Made by a program: the position numbers and the translations under genes. The notes beneath the pieces are model-generated. The model did no database searches, was not told the DNA's origin, and worked only from the letters and a program-made list of their open reading frames with translations. A DNA stretch of 64,000 nt from Escherichia phage sutha, in sequence record PV245934.1, one strand, 5' to 3'. Shown one piece after another: positions 14,031 through 26,000 of the stretch. Position 1 is the first letter of the stretch, and every line of letters begins with the position of its first letter.

Positions 14031-14939
14031 TTAAAGGTCATTCAAAAGGTCATCCAAGTCCGTGTCATCAGCACTAGATGAACTGCCGGAGCTTGAGCTC
14101 ATAAAATCATCTTCAGTTTTTGTATTGAAGTCATCAACATTGAATGCATCCAAATCATCAGCAACTTTATCGGCTTTCTTAGCAGCAGTTGCAGCGGCAC
14201 CACCCATCACAGCAGTTCCCATAACTTGACTGAACTTAGTGCTCAGTTCTTCAAACGATTTGAACTTATCTTTAGAAGTCATTTCAGAAAGGTCAACCAT
14301 TTGTTCGAACAGTTCTTTCTGGAAAGATTCATCATCAATGTTTGGAATCGCAGATTGATTCAGGAATTTAGATTCATCGTAGTTACTAAAACCAGAAACT
14401 TGTTTAACTTTCAGTACAAAGTTAGCACCTTCCCACGGACAAGTTACATCAACTGGAGTTTCACCCATTTCAACATCAACCGCAATCATTGCATTGATTT
14501 TGTCCCAAATCTTTTTACCAAAACGGTATTTGAATACTTTACCTTCGTTTTCTGGAGCTTGTGGGTCTTTAACAACCAGGATATTAGCCCAATAAGAAGT
14601 TTTACGTTTCAGTTGAGAATATTCGGTTTTGTTTGTATTGTACAGGTCATTTTTACTAATGTACTGACACACCGGACAAGAGTCATAATCGCCGTGTGTA
14701 GATGAACAAGTTTCAATATACCATTTGCCATTTTTCTTGAACCCATGGTTAACAAGAATTGCAAACGGAAGTGCGTCATCTGTTTTTGCCGGCAGGAAAC
14801 GAATTACTGCTTGACCGTTACCCGCATTGTCGAGTTTCAGTTTCCACTCGCCTTTATCTTCAGAAGAAAAACCACCTTTATTGCCATTCAGTTTAGCCAT
14901 TTGTGCAGCGAGTTCAGCAGTAGATTTACGTTTAAACAT
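14031..14939 (-). CDS. 32: single-stranded DNA-binding protein gp32
   Basis: [22 protein letters not shown]..., Zn-binding Cys/His cluster, acidic C-terminus ...DLDDLLNDL. Confidence 0.9.
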   Translation of the reverse strand: MFKRKSTAELAAQMAKLNGNKGGFSSEDKGEWKLKLDNAGNGQAVIRFLPAKTDDALPFAILVNHGFKKNGKWYIETCSSTHGDYDSCPVCQYISKNDLYNTNKTEYSQLKRKTSYWANILVVKDPQAPENEGKVFKYRFGKKIWDKINAMIAVDVEMGETPVDVTCPWEGANFVLKVKQVSGFSNYDESKFLNQSAIPNIDDESFQKELFEQMVDLSEMTSKDKFKSFEELSTKFSQVMGTAVMGGAAATAAKKADKVADDLDAFNVDDFNTKTEDDFMSSSSGSSSSADDTDLDDLLNDL

Positions 14940-15020
14940 TTTTATTTCCTTTTTAATTTAATTAACAGTTGGTGCTATGACGATGTATGACCTCATAGCT
15001 GGTCAGTGAGATAATTATAA
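14940..15020 (-). promoter_or_regulatory. gene 32 translational operator (UUAAA-rich unstructured tract upstream of start)
   Basis: rc sequence TTAATTAAATTAAAAAGGAAATAAAA immediately 5' of the ATG, as in the T4 gp32 autoregulatory site. Confidence 0.55.
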
Positions 15021-15038
15021 TCTATTTATAATAAGCAA

Positions 15039-15692
15039 TTAATACTTACAAGATTTCACAGTTTCAATGAAAACACTTTTAGCTTTCTGTGAATCAATAT
15101 TTAAAATTTTTCTATAAGCCTTTAACTTTATAGAATAATTATTCCAGACTAAATTATCAGTTTGTTCATCATGTTTATCAATTATATTTAAAAACGAATC
15201 AAGCAAGATAAACGTTTCAAACGAAATTATGTTCGATTGCAGAAGTTTAAAAATATAACTTGATTGAACTTTTGGATTATACTCAAAGATTTCTTTAAAA
15301 GCAGAAACTTCAACTTTCTTACTAAAATAATAAATGTTGCGAATATCTTCTTCAAACTTAAATTTAATTTGCTTTAAGCGTCCGATATATTCACGATAAA
15401 ACACAAGTGCATCAGCGTCCGATATCTCACCAATCCATGCGTCTTGGTTAGCAACTAAGTTGCTTATGAATATCAAGGTGAGTTCCTTCAATTTATATTT
15501 CTCTGCTAGTTTTTCAAAGAAATATTTATCTCGGCGTTTTTGATACGCATTATCCGAAACACGCATGCACCAGTTATATTTGATTACGTCATACCGACCA
15601 CCAAAATGGTTTTTGCACATCAAGTATAGTTTATATACCGATTTTCCGTTAATATAACGTTCTCCATCAGCAGGCATGCGGAGTTTAATCAT
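15039..15692 (-). CDS. 59: helicase loader gp59
   Basis: 217 aa, position between 32 and 33 as in T4. Confidence 0.8.
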   Translation of the reverse strand: MIKLRMPADGERYINGKSVYKLYLMCKNHFGGRYDVIKYNWCMRVSDNAYQKRRDKYFFEKLAEKYKLKELTLIFISNLVANQDAWIGEISDADALVFYREYIGRLKQIKFKFEEDIRNIYYFSKKVEVSAFKEIFEYNPKVQSSYIFKLLQSNIISFETFILLDSFLNIIDKHDEQTDNLVWNNYSIKLKAYRKILNIDSQKAKSVFIETVKSCKY

Positions 15693-16027
15693 AGTAGAAA
15701 ATCTAATGTATTAGTTTTTTCACAACGAACAACAGAAGGACGTAAAAGATTTTCGTCAATGGCTTCTGACTGAATTTTTTCAATTATACCTGAAGGAATA
15801 AATTTAGCAAATTGAGTTTCAGGAATAGAGTTTTCTTCCAAGAATGCTGTCGTAGCTTCAAGATAACTCATTCCAAACTCTTCTACCATTTTTTCAATAA
15901 TAAATCCGTTTTCTTGACGATCAAGAAGCTTTGCAATTTCATCCTTTTCTTTCTTAATTGAAAGTTCTTTTTCTGAAAGACCGGTCTCATCGACCGGACG
16001 AATATCATTTAGAGAAAACTGTGTCAT
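15689..16027 (-). CDS. 33: late transcription co-activator gp33
   Basis: MTQFSLNDIRPVDETGLSEKELSIKKEK... 112 aa from internal Met. Confidence 0.85.
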   Translation of the reverse strand: MTQFSLNDIRPVDETGLSEKELSIKKEKDEIAKLLDRQENGFIIEKMVEEFGMSYLEATTAFLEENSIPETQFAKFIPSGIIEKIQSEAIDENLLRPSVVRCEKTNTLDFLL

Positions 16028-16274
16028 AAAGTTCAACTACCTCTTCAGTTTCAGCTTCAAACACATCACGGTTATCTTTATGATACAAAGCTAACAGACG
16101 ATTAAACATCTTGCCATCAACACCAAGTTCATCTTTGGCACGAATTCGAATATCTTTAATCAATTCATTATAACCGGAAATTTTCAGTTTATGATCAGAT
16201 GCTTCTTTAATAAATTTAGCCAAGTCTTCGCCATGGATAGCTTCATCAAATTCAACCATTTCTTTTTTAGCCAT
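16005..16274 (-). CDS. dsbA: dsDNA-binding protein DsbA
   Basis: 89 aa ORF between rnh and 33 as in T4. Confidence 0.7.
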   Translation of the reverse strand: MAKKEMVEFDEAIHGEDLAKFIKEASDHKLKISGYNELIKDIRIRAKDELGVDGKMFNRLLALYHKDNRDVFEAETEEVVELYDTVFSK

Positions 16275-16282
16275 TATTCACC

Positions 16283-17200
16283 TCAAAATTCATTAATGTT
16301 ATTAGTTAATTTAGAAAGACCCGCTTTTACAAAATATGAATAAATTTTGCCACGCGGTGGTAATTTATATGAATTATAGTAATTCACAATGTTTGAAGCA
16401 ATATTATCAGGAATATAATCAAAATCAATTAGAACTAAATTTTCTTTATATCGATTATATTCAGATTCAGTGAGAAGCACCTTAGCTTGCTCACGGTCAT
16501 TAGCAATAGCTTCAACGATTGAAGTTTTCATTGAAGGAGTTCGTTCACCTTCAACTCTAGTAAACCAAAAGTCAGATCGTACTTTAACTGAAGCAACGTT
16601 ATCCTTTTTGTCACCTTTAAGGATTTTAGTCATACAGTCAATTTCAGCAGAACCGCTTTTAATTTTAACCCATTTCTTGTGCATCGGTGACCATTGCTTA
16701 ACATTTGGGTATTTGTGAAGTTGAGTAAAGTCACCATCCGACGAAATGATTAAAATCTTATGTCCTTCTAAAGAGAACTTTTTAACCAAAACAGCAATAT
16801 GGTCATCTGCTTCATACTTATCAATATCCATAACGATGTATGGCATATAAGCTTTCAATTCATCTATAACTTTATGACTGGATTCAAAATAACCTTCCCA
16901 GTCCCAAGTAGATTCTTCTCGTGCTTTTCCACGGTTTTTCTTATAATAATAAGCAAAATCACGACGCCAGTATCCAGATTTCGCGTTATCAATACACAAT
17001 ACAATTTTAGTGTATCCAAGAGTTTTTGCTTTTTTGACATTAAACTTAATTGAGTTCAATATCAAATGACGAACCATTGATAAATTAATTTTTTCTTTAT
17101 CTGGGAAGTTTACCAAAGCAGTTGAAAGCGCAATTTGACTAAAGTCAATTAAGCAGATTCCTTCTTTGTAATCTTCATCCAGCATCATTTCTAAATCCAT
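16283..17200 (-). CDS. rnh: RNase H (5'-3' exonuclease, FEN family)
   Basis: MDLEMMLDEDYKEGICLIDFSQIALSTALV... 305 aa from internal Met. Confidence 0.9.
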   Translation of the reverse strand: MDLEMMLDEDYKEGICLIDFSQIALSTALVNFPDKEKINLSMVRHLILNSIKFNVKKAKTLGYTKIVLCIDNAKSGYWRRDFAYYYKKNRGKAREESTWDWEGYFESSHKVIDELKAYMPYIVMDIDKYEADDHIAVLVKKFSLEGHKILIISSDGDFTQLHKYPNVKQWSPMHKKWVKIKSGSAEIDCMTKILKGDKKDNVASVKVRSDFWFTRVEGERTPSMKTSIVEAIANDREQAKVLLTESEYNRYKENLVLIDFDYIPDNIASNIVNYYNSYKLPPRGKIYSYFVKAGLSKLTNNINEF

Positions 17201-17225
17201 ATGAACCTCGTTCAATTAGTGAGAT

Positions 17226-17259
17226 TTCTATTATATACCATCCGAATCTTAAAGTAAAC
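17226..17259 (-). promoter_or_regulatory. T4 early-type promoter upstream of rnh
   Basis: rc GTTTAC at 17254-17259, 17-nt spacer, TGGTATATAAT. Confidence 0.55.
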
Positions 17260-17262
17260 AAG

Positions 17263-17270
17263 TATAAATA
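17263..17270 (+). promoter_or_regulatory. T4 late promoter box TATAAATA for gene 34
   Basis: TATAAATA about 35 nt upstream of gene 34 ATG, divergent from the rnh early promoter. Confidence 0.6.
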
Positions 17271-17304
17271 CTTATTATTGAAAACACAATAGGAGCCCGG
17301 GAGA

Positions 17305-20300
17305 ATGGCCGAGATTAAAAGAAAGTTCAGAGCAGAAGACGGTCTGGACGCAGGTGGCGATAAAATAATCAACGTAGCTTTAGCTGATCGTACCGTAGGA
17401 ACTGACGGTGTTAACGTTGATTACCTAATTCAAGAAAACACAGTTCAACAATACGATCCAACTCGTGGATATTTAAAAGATTTTGTAATCATTTATGATA
17501 ACCGCTTTTGGGCTGCTATAAATGATATTCCAAAACCGGCAGGAGCTTTTAATAGTGGACGCTGGAGAGCATTACGTACAGATGCTAACTGGATTACAGT
17601 CTCATCTGGTTCATATCAATTAAAATCTGGTGAAGCTATTTCGGTTAACACTGCAGCTGGTAATGATATTACATTTACTTTGCCATCTACCCCAATTGAT
17701 GGTGATACTATCGTTCTCCAAGACATTGGAGGAAAACCTGGGGTTAACCAAGTTTTAATTGCAGCTTCAGTACAAAGTATTGTAAACTTTAGAGGTGAAC
17801 AAGTACGTTCAGTACTAATGACTCATCCAAAGTCGCAGTTAGTTTTAATTTTTAGTAATCGTCTGTGGCAAATGTATGTAGCTGATTATAGTAGAGAAGC
17901 TGTAGTTGTAACACCAGCGAATACTTATCAAGCGCAATCCAACGATTTTATCGTACGTAGATTTACTTCTGCTGCACCAATTAATGTTAAACTTCCAAGA
18001 TTTGCTAATCATGGCGATATTATTAATTTCGTCGATTTAGATAAACTAAATCCGCTTTATCATACAATTGTTACTACATACGATGAAACGACTTCAATAC
18101 AAGAAGTTGGAACTCATTCCATTGAAGGCCGTACAACGATTGACGGTTTCTTGATGTTTGATGATAATGAGAAATTGTGGAGATTGTTTGACGGGGATAG
18201 TAAAGCGCGTTTACGCATTATAACGACTAATTCTAATATTCGTCCAAATGAAGAAGTTATGGTATTTGGTGCGAATAACGGAACAGCTCAGACAATTGAA
18301 CTTCAGCTTCCGACTGATATTTCTGTTGGTGATACTGTCAAAATTTCCATGAATTACATGCGAAAAGGACAAACAGTTAAAATCAAAGCTGCCGGTGAAG
18401 ATAAAATTGCTTCTTCAGTTCAATTGCTGCAATTCCCAAAACGTTCAGAATATCCGCCTGAAGCTGAATGGGTAACTGTTCAAGAATTAGTTTTTAACGG
18501 TGAAACTAATTATGTTCCAGTTTTACAACTTGCTTATATAGAAGATTCTGACGGAAAATACTGGGTTGTACAACAAAACGTTCCAACCGTAGAAAGAGTT
18601 GATTCTTTGAATGATTCTACTAGAGCAAGATTAGGCGTGATTGCTTTAGCTACACAAGCGCAAGCTAATGTCGATTTAGAAAATTCTCCACAAAAAGAAT
18701 TAGCAATTACTCCAGAAACATTAGCTAACCGTACTGCTACAGAAACTCGTAGAGGTATCGCAAGAATAGCAACTACTGCTCAAGTGAATCAGAACACTAC
18801 ATTCTCTTTTGCTGACGATATTATCATCACTCCTAAAAAGCTGAATGAAAGAACTGCTACAGAAACTCGCAGAGGTGTTGCTGAAATTGCGACACAGCAA
18901 GAAACTAATGCAGGTACTGATGATACTACAATCATCACTCCTAAAAAGCTTCAAGCTCGTCAAGGTTCTGAATCATTATCTGGTATCGTAACCTTTGTAT
19001 CTACCGCAGGAGCTACTCCAGCTTCTAGCCGTGAATTAAATGGTACAAATGTTTACAATAAAAACACTAATAATTTAGTCGTTTCGCCTAAAGCTCTGGA
19101 TCAGTATAAAGCTACTCCAACACAGCAAGGTGCAGTAATTTTAGCAGTTGAAAGTGAAGTAATTGCTGGACAAAGCCAAGAAGGATGGGCAAATGCGGTT
19201 GTAACACCAGAAACGTTACATAAAAAGACATCAACTGATGGAAGAATTGGTTTAATTGAAATTGCTACGCAAAGTGAAGTTAATACAGGAACTGATTATA
19301 CTCGTGCAGTCACTCCTAAAACTTTAAATGACCGTATAGCAACTGAAAGTTTAAGTGGTATAGCTGAAATTGCTGCACAAGTTGAATTCGACGCAGGCGT
19401 CGACGATACTCGTATCTCTACACCATTAAAAATTAAAACTAGATTTAATAGTACTGATCGTACTTCTGTTGTTGCTCTATCTGGATTAGTTGAATCAGGA
19501 ACTCTCTGGGACCATTATACCCTTAATATTCTTGAAGCAAATGAGACACAGCGTGGTACACTTCGTGTGGCTACACAAGTTGAAGCTGCTGCAGGAACAT
19601 TAGATAATGTTTTAATAACTCCTAAAAAGCTTTTAGGTACTAAATCTACTGAAGCACAGGAAGGTGTTATTAAAGTTGCAACTCAGTCTGAAACTGTGAC
19701 TGGAACGTCAGCAAATACTGCTGTATCTCCAAAAAATTTAAAATGGATTGTGCAGAGTGAACCTACTTGGGCAGCTACTACTGCGATAAGAGGCTTTGTT
19801 AAAACTTCATCTGGTTCAATTACATTCGTTGGTAATGATACAGTTGGTTCAACGCAGTCGTTAGAATTATACGAGAAAAATAGCTATGCAGTATCACCGT
19901 ATGAATTAAACCGTGTATTAGCAAATTATTTGCCATTAAAAGCAAAAGCTGCTGACGCAAATTTATTAGATGGCCTAGATTCATCTCAGTTCATTCGTAG
20001 GGACATTGCACAGACGGTTAATGGTTCACTAACCTTAACCCAACAAACGAATCTGAGTGCCCCTCTTGTATCATCTAGTACTGCTACGTTTGGTGGTTCA
20101 GTTTCGGTAAATAGTACATTAACTATTTCTAATACTGGAACGGCAACTCGTCTGATTTTTGAAAAAGGACCTCAAACTGGAACTAACCCAGCACAGACAA
20201 TGAGCATCCGTGTATGGGGTAACCAGTATGGTGGCGGTTCAGATACAACACGTTCTACCGTATTTGAAGTTGGTGATGAAACGTCTAATCACTTTTATTC

Positions 20301-21174
20301 TCAACGCAATAAAGCCGGGAATATAACGTTTAGTATCAATGGTACTGTAATGCCAATAAATGTTAATGCTTCAGGTTCTTTGAACGCGAACGGCGTTGCA
20401 ACATTTGGTAGTTCAGTTACTGCTAATGGTGAATTCATCAGCAAGTCTGCAAATGCTTTCAGAGCAATAAATGGAAATTACGGATTCTTTATTCGTAATG
20501 CTGGTAATGACACCTATTTTATGCTCACTGCAGCCGGTGATCAGAGCGGTGGATATAATGGATTACGTCCATTATCAATTAATAATCAATCCGGTCAGGT
20601 TACAATTGGTGAAAGCTTAATTATTGCTAAAGGTGTTACTATAAATTCAGGTGGTTTAACTGTTAACTCGAGAATTCGTTCTCAGGGTACTAAAACCGCT
20701 GATTTATACACCCGTGCACCGACATCTGATACTGTAGGATTCTGGTCAATTGACATTAATGATTCGGCCACTTATAACCAGTTCCCAGGTTATTTTAAAA
20801 TGGTTGAAAAAACTAATGAAGTGACTGGACTTCCATACTTAGAACGTGGCGAAGAAGTTAAATCTCCTGGTACTTTGACTCAGTTTGGTAACACACTTGA
20901 TTCTCTTTACCAAGATTGGATTACTTATCCAACAACTCCAGAAGCACGTACAACCCGTTGGACGCGTACATGGCAGAAAACTAAAAATTCTTGGTCGAGT
21001 TTTGTTCAGGTATTTGATGGAGGTAACCCTCCTCAGCCGTCTGATATCGGTGCTTTGCCATCTGATAATGCTACAATGGGGAATCTTACTATTCGTGATT
21101 TCTTACGAATTGGTAATGTTCGCATTATTCCTGACCCAGTGAATAAATCTGTTAAATTTGAATGGATTGAATAA
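17305..21174 (+). CDS. 34: long tail fibre proximal subunit gp34
   Basis: 1289 aa, MAEIKRKFRAEDGLDAGGDKIINVALADR..., internal repeated TATETRRG motifs. Confidence 0.9.
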   Translation: MAEIKRKFRAEDGLDAGGDKIINVALADRTVGTDGVNVDYLIQENTVQQYDPTRGYLKDFVIIYDNRFWAAINDIPKPAGAFNSGRWRALRTDANWITVSSGSYQLKSGEAISVNTAAGNDITFTLPSTPIDGDTIVLQDIGGKPGVNQVLIAASVQSIVNFRGEQVRSVLMTHPKSQLVLIFSNRLWQMYVADYSREAVVVTPANTYQAQSNDFIVRRFTSAAPINVKLPRFANHGDIINFVDLDKLNPLYHTIVTTYDETTSIQEVGTHSIEGRTTIDGFLMFDDNEKLWRLFDGDSKARLRIITTNSNIRPNEEVMVFGANNGTAQTIELQLPTDISVGDTVKISMNYMRKGQTVKIKAAGEDKIASSVQLLQFPKRSEYPPEAEWVTVQELVFNGETNYVPVLQLAYIEDSDGKYWVVQQNVPTVERVDSLNDSTRARLGVIALATQAQANVDLENSPQKELAITPETLANRTATETRRGIARIATTAQVNQNTTFSFADDIIITPKKLNERTATETRRGVAEIATQQETNAGTDDTTIITPKKLQARQGSESLSGIVTFVSTAGATPASSRELNGTNVYNKNTNNLVVSPKALDQYKATPTQQGAVILAVESEVIAGQSQEGWANAVVTPETLHKKTSTDGRIGLIEIATQSEVNTGTDYTRAVTPKTLNDRIATESLSGIAEIAAQVEFDAGVDDTRISTPLKIKTRFNSTDRTSVVALSGLVESGTLWDHYTLNILEANETQRGTLRVATQVEAAAGTLDNVLITPKKLLGTKSTEAQEGVIKVATQSETVTGTSANTAVSPKNLKWIVQSEPTWAATTAIRGFVKTSSGSITFVGNDTVGSTQSLELYEKNSYAVSPYELNRVLANYLPLKAKAADANLLDGLDSSQFIRRDIAQTVNGSLTLTQQTNLSAPLVSSSTATFGGSVSVNSTLTISNTGTATRLIFEKGPQTGTNPAQTMSIRVWGNQYGGGSDTTRSTVFEVGDETSNHFYSQRNKAGNITFSINGTVMPINVNASGSLNANGVATFGSSVTANGEFISKSANAFRAINGNYGFFIRNAGNDTYFMLTAAGDQSGGYNGLRPLSINNQSGQVTIGESLIIAKGVTINSGGLTVNSRIRSQGTKTADLYTRAPTSDTVGFWSIDINDSATYNQFPGYFKMVEKTNEVTGLPYLERGEEVKSPGTLTQFGNTLDSLYQDWITYPTTPEARTTRWTRTWQKTKNSWSSFVQVFDGGNPPQPSDIGALPSDNATMGNLTIRDFLRIGNVRIIPDPVNKSVKFEWIE

Positions 21175-21182
21175 GAGGTATT

Positions 21183-22298
21183 ATGGAAAAATTTATGGCA
21201 GAGTTTGGACAAGGATATGTCCAAACGCCATTTTTATCGGAAAGTAATTCAGTAAGATACAAAATAAGTATAGCGGGTTCTTGCCCGCTTTCTACTGCAG
21301 GACCATACGTTAAATTTCAAGATAATCCGGTTGGAAGTCAAACATTTAGCGCAGGTCTTCATCTAAGAGTTTTTGACCCTTCTACAGGAGCATTAGTTGA
21401 TAGTAAGTCATATGCTTTTTCGACTTCAAATGATACTACATCAGCTACTTTTGTTAGTTTCATGAATTCTTTGACGAATAATAGACTTGTTGCTATATTA
21501 ACTAGTGGAAAAGTTAATTTTCCTCCTGAAGTAGTATCTTGGCTAAGAACCACAGGAACGTCTGCTTTTCCATCTGATTCTGTATTGTCAAGATTCGACG
21601 TGTCATATGCTGCTTTTTACACTTCTTCTAAAAGAGCTATTGCATTAGAGCATGTTAAATTAAGTAATAGAAAAAGCACAGATGACTATCAAACTATTTT
21701 AGATGTTGTATTTGACAGTTTAGAAGATGTTGGAGCTACCGGATTTCCAAGAAGAACGTATGAAAGCATCGAGCAATTTATGTCAGCGGTTGGCGGAACT
21801 AATAACGAAATTGCGCGTTTGCCAACTTCAGCTGCTATAAGTAAACTCTCTGATTATAATTTAATTCCTGGCGATGTTCTTTATCTCAAAGCACAGTTAT
21901 ATGCTGATGCCGATTTACTTGCGCTTGGAACTACAAATATATCTATCCGTTTTTATAACGCATCGAATGGATATATTTCTTCAACACAAGCTGAGTTTAC
22001 CGGACAAGCTGGGTCTTGGGAATTAAAGGAAGATTATGTAGTTGTTCCAGAAAACGCTGTGGGATTTACGATATATGCACAAAGAACTGCGCAAGCTGGT
22101 CAAGGTGGCATGAGAAATTTAAGCTTTTCTGAAGTGTCAAGAAATGGAGGTATTTCGAAACCTGCTGAATTTGGCGTCAATGGCATTCGTGTTAATTATA
22201 TCTGTGAATCTGCTTCACCTCCGGATATAATGGTACTTCCTACGCAAGCATCGTCTAAAACTGGTAAAGTGTTTGGGCAAGAATTTAGAGAAGTATAA
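21183..22298 (+). CDS. 35: long tail fibre hinge protein gp35
   Basis: 371 aa, immediately downstream of gene 34. Confidence 0.85.
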   Translation: MEKFMAEFGQGYVQTPFLSESNSVRYKISIAGSCPLSTAGPYVKFQDNPVGSQTFSAGLHLRVFDPSTGALVDSKSYAFSTSNDTTSATFVSFMNSLTNNRLVAILTSGKVNFPPEVVSWLRTTGTSAFPSDSVLSRFDVSYAAFYTSSKRAIALEHVKLSNRKSTDDYQTILDVVFDSLEDVGATGFPRRTYESIEQFMSAVGGTNNEIARLPTSAAISKLSDYNLIPGDVLYLKAQLYADADLLALGTTNISIRFYNASNGYISSTQAEFTGQAGSWELKEDYVVVPENAVGFTIYAQRTAQAGQGGMRNLSFSEVSRNGGISKPAEFGVNGIRVNYICESASPPDIMVLPTQASSKTGKVFGQEFREV

Positions 22299-22303
22299 AT
22301 TGA

Positions 22304-22328
22304 GGGAGCCTTCGGGCTCCCTTTTTCT
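22304..22328 (+). terminator. rho-independent terminator after gene 35
   Basis: GGGAGCC-TTCG-GGCTCCC hairpin followed by TTTTTC. Confidence 0.6.
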
Positions 22329-22329
22329 T

Positions 22330-22337
22330 TATAAATA
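22330..22337 (+). promoter_or_regulatory. T4 late promoter box TATAAATA for gene 36
   Basis: TATAAATA about 24 nt upstream of gene 36 ATG. Confidence 0.55.
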
Positions 22338-22360
22338 CTATTAAAATAAAGGGGCATACA

Positions 22361-23023
22361 ATGGCTGATTTAAAAGTAGGTTCAACAACTGGAGGCTCTG
22401 TCATTTGGCATCAAGGAAATTTTCCATTGAATCCAGCCGGTGACGATGTACTCTATAAATCATTTAAAATATATTCAGAATATAATAAACCACAAGCTGC
22501 AGATAACGATTTCGTTTCTAAAGCTAATGGTGGTACTTATGCCGCGACTGTTCGATTTAATGGAGGAGTACATGTTCCTACTATAGGTAGTAGTCAACAG
22601 TGCGGCGTTTATCCAGGCAACGGTGATGCAGCTACTTTTGCTATGGCAAATATTGACATCGTTTCATGGAATGGTATTGGTTTTAAATCATCACAAGGTT
22701 CAGCAGACCGAACTGTTGTAATTAATGCACGTAATGGTGATATTAGTACAAAAGGCGTCGTGACAGCAGTAGGTCAAATAAGAAGTAATGCAGTTTCTCC
22801 TGTATCAGCAAATGACCTTACTAGAAAGGACTATGTTGATGGAGCAATAAATACTGTTACGGCAAATGCGAACTCTAGAGTGTTACGATCTGGTGACACT
22901 ATGACGGGTAACTTAACCGCACCAAACTTTTTCTCGCAGAATCCTGCATCTCAACCTTCACACGTTCCACGATTTGACCAAATCGTAATTAAGGATTCTG
23001 TTCAAGATTTCGGCTATTATTAA
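22361..23023 (+). CDS. 36: long tail fibre distal connector gp36
   Basis: 220 aa, [23 protein letters not shown]... Confidence 0.85.
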   Translation: MADLKVGSTTGGSVIWHQGNFPLNPAGDDVLYKSFKIYSEYNKPQAADNDFVSKANGGTYAATVRFNGGVHVPTIGSSQQCGVYPGNGDAATFAMANIDIVSWNGIGFKSSQGSADRTVVINARNGDISTKGVVTAVGQIRSNAVSPVSANDLTRKDYVDGAINTVTANANSRVLRSGDTMTGNLTAPNFFSQNPASQPSHVPRFDQIVIKDSVQDFGYY

Positions 23024-23031
23024 GAGGACTT

Positions 23032-26000
23032 ATGGCTACTTTAAAACAAATACAATTTAAAAGAAGCAAAACTGCAGGTGCACGTCCTGCTGCTTCAGTA
23101 TTAGCCGAAGGTGAATTGGCTATAAACTTAAAAGATAGAACAATTTTTACTAAAGATGATTCAGGAAATATCATTGATTTAAGCATTTCCGCTGGCGGTA
23201 ATATCAGTGGAAATATCACTCAAACTGGCGATTATTTACAAAATGGAACATATAATCTTAATGGAAACCAGTTTGTTTATGCAGGAAAATATATTGAATT
23301 TTTACCTAAAACTGCTGGCAATGGTGCTTGGGCAAATCAACACAAAAATAAAGCTCCTATCTTTACCGATTTGAGTTCAACGACTTCTACTTCAGAATAC
23401 CATCCGCTAATTAAACAACGCTATAAAGATGGAACTTTTTCTGTTGGTACGTTAGTAAACGAAGGTAGTTTTAAAATTCAATATATCAATGAATCTGGTG
23501 ATTCAAAATATTGGACTTTTAATCGTAACGGTAGTTTTATTGTAGATAATGGCAGTATTGAAGTCCGTGCAGGTAATATTTCTGCATCAGGCAATATTAA
23601 CTCGGCAACTGGATTTGTTTCTGCACCGCGCGTCAATACAAAAAATATTAACCTGAGTTCTAAAACCTTTATACCGAATAATGACACGGGTTATGACATT
23701 GTTTCTTTACCTACTTGGATTTATAATCCACCAGCAGATGGTTCTGACCGTGATACAAACGGATTGAACTACATGCGTAAAATGCGGGCTTCAAATACTT
23801 CTAGCATTTTCCATGAAGTAGTTGACTGTCGTTCGGGAAAACCACAAGAAATTTCTTGGTGGACCGGCGTAGGACCTTCATCTTTCCAGTGGGCGTTTGA
23901 TACCTCTGGACGTATTACCGCAGGTAAATCTATTTCAGTAGGTCTTCCTGATAGTGGTACAAATGGTCGTTATCCTTTAGATTCTGCAATTTCTATTGGT
24001 ATTGCGATTGGCGATAACGATACCGGTATTAAATGGGTCCGCGATGGCGTTTATGACCTGATGGCTAACGGTATTTCATCCGCTACCATTTTGAATAATG
24101 GTATTAATAGTACTAAAAAATTGATGGTTGGTTATAGCCGTGATTCCGGCTCTACTTGGGATTTCCCAAATAACAACCAAGCAATGTTTACTGCGCGTAC
24201 CGATATTGATGGTAATAATAACGGCGATGGTCAGACTCATATTGGTTATAGCAGCAATTCTAAAATGTATCACTATTTCCGTGGCACGGGTCGTATGGCT
24301 GTCGGAATGGCTGAAGGTTTAATTGTTGAGCCGGGTATTTTAGATATTAAAACTGGGTCCAATAGAGTTGCTATTAGAGCAGATGGCACATTTGACTCAA
24401 CCCAACGTATTTCAATGCGTACTGGATTATTTTTATCAGGTGATGATAATACCAATGCTTTGTCATTTAAAGCGCCTACAGGTGTTGACGGGACAAAAAC
24501 CATTAACTGGGATGCAGGCACTCGTAATGGTCAGAATAAAAATACTGTAACCATTAAAGCGTGGGGTAACTCATTTAACTCAACTCCAGGTAATAGAGAA
24601 ACTGTATTCGAAGTTTCAGATTCACAAGGTTATTATTTCTACGCTCAACGCACTAATCCTGCGTCAGGTCAAACAGTAGGTCCGGTTAACTTTAAATTTA
24701 ACGGAACTGTCGAAACAGGCCATATCATAGGCCTTGGAAATATAAGTGCCTCCGGTACAGGTTCTTTCGGTGGCAATGTTACCATGTCTAAAGGTTTGTT
24801 TGTCCAAGGTGGTTCTTCTATTACTGGACAAGTTAAAATCGGCGGAACTGCTGATGCATTAAGAATTTGGAATGCTGAATATGGTGCTATTTTCCGTCGC
24901 TCGGAAAGTAATCTTTATATTATCCCGACTCCTAAAGGTGCTGGTGAAAGTGGTGGAATAAGTAATCTCCGCCCATTAAGTATTAGTCTTAATAATGGTA
25001 TGGTACAAATGCGCCATTCTGTTACATTAGGTGATGATGGGTTAGGCGGCAATATGGTTACTGTTGATAATGATAGTAAACTTGTCGTGGTAACTTCTAA
25101 TACCAGATTAAGCCCTAATTTCCGCATGCAAATAGGCCACTCGTCTTATATTGATGTTGAATGCACTAACTCTGTTCGCCCGGCAGGTGCTGGTTCGTTT
25201 GCTTCACAGAATAACGAAAATATTCGTGCACCGTTCTATATGAATATCGACCGTGGTGATAATAGTACTTATATTCCAATTTTGAAGCAACGTTACGTTC
25301 AAGGAGATAGTACTTATTCTATTGGTACCTTGATTTCTCAGGGAGACTTCCGCGTCCATTATCACCAGGGAACTAGCACCAATGGCGTAGATTTGGGTTG
25401 GGAATTCCGTCGCACAGGCGATTTCCGCGCGGCAGGTAAAATTATTGCCGGCGCTGCCACTCTTGGCACTGATGGTAATATTACTGGTGGTTCTGGTAAT
25501 TTTGCTAACTTAAACAGTACAATTGAATCACTTAAAACTGATATTGTTTCAAGTTATCCTATTGGAGCTCCAATTCCATGGCCTACAGATACTCCTCCTA
25601 ACGGTTACGCTATTATGGAAGGTCAGACCTTTGATAAGTCTGCATATCCAAAGCTAGCTGTTGCATATCCTAGCGGTGTTATTCCAGATATGCGCGGGCA
25701 AACTATCAAAGGTAAACCAAGTGGTCGTGCTGTTTTGAGCACAGAAGAAGATGGTGTTAAGGCTCATAGCCATAGCGCATCTGCTTCAAGTACTGACTTA
25801 GGCACTAAAACCACATCAAGCTTTGACTATGGTACGAAGAACACTAATAGTACTGGTGCTCACACTCACTCTGTAAGTGGTACAACAAGTGCTGCTGGTA
25901 ACCACGCTCATCACTTAGGTCTACTATTAGTTAACGGCGGTGCTGCTTTGTACGGTTATACAACCATTGGTAACAGTCTACCTAGAACACTTGACTGGCT

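Noticed and set aside
17305-21174. Internal sequence repeats in gene 34 (repeated TATETRRG-encoding units around 18.7-19.7 kb) as a DNA repeat feature
   Set aside because: These are in-frame structural repeats of the fibre shaft protein, not a non-coding repeat element.
18721-25127. Minus-strand ORFs inside tail fibre genes 34-37 (18721-18963, 21033-21224, 21359-21553, 22989-23219, 23478-23687, 24076-24273, 24273-24521, 24915-25127)
   Set aside because: Embedded in the opposite strand of long, well-supported late genes; considered spurious.
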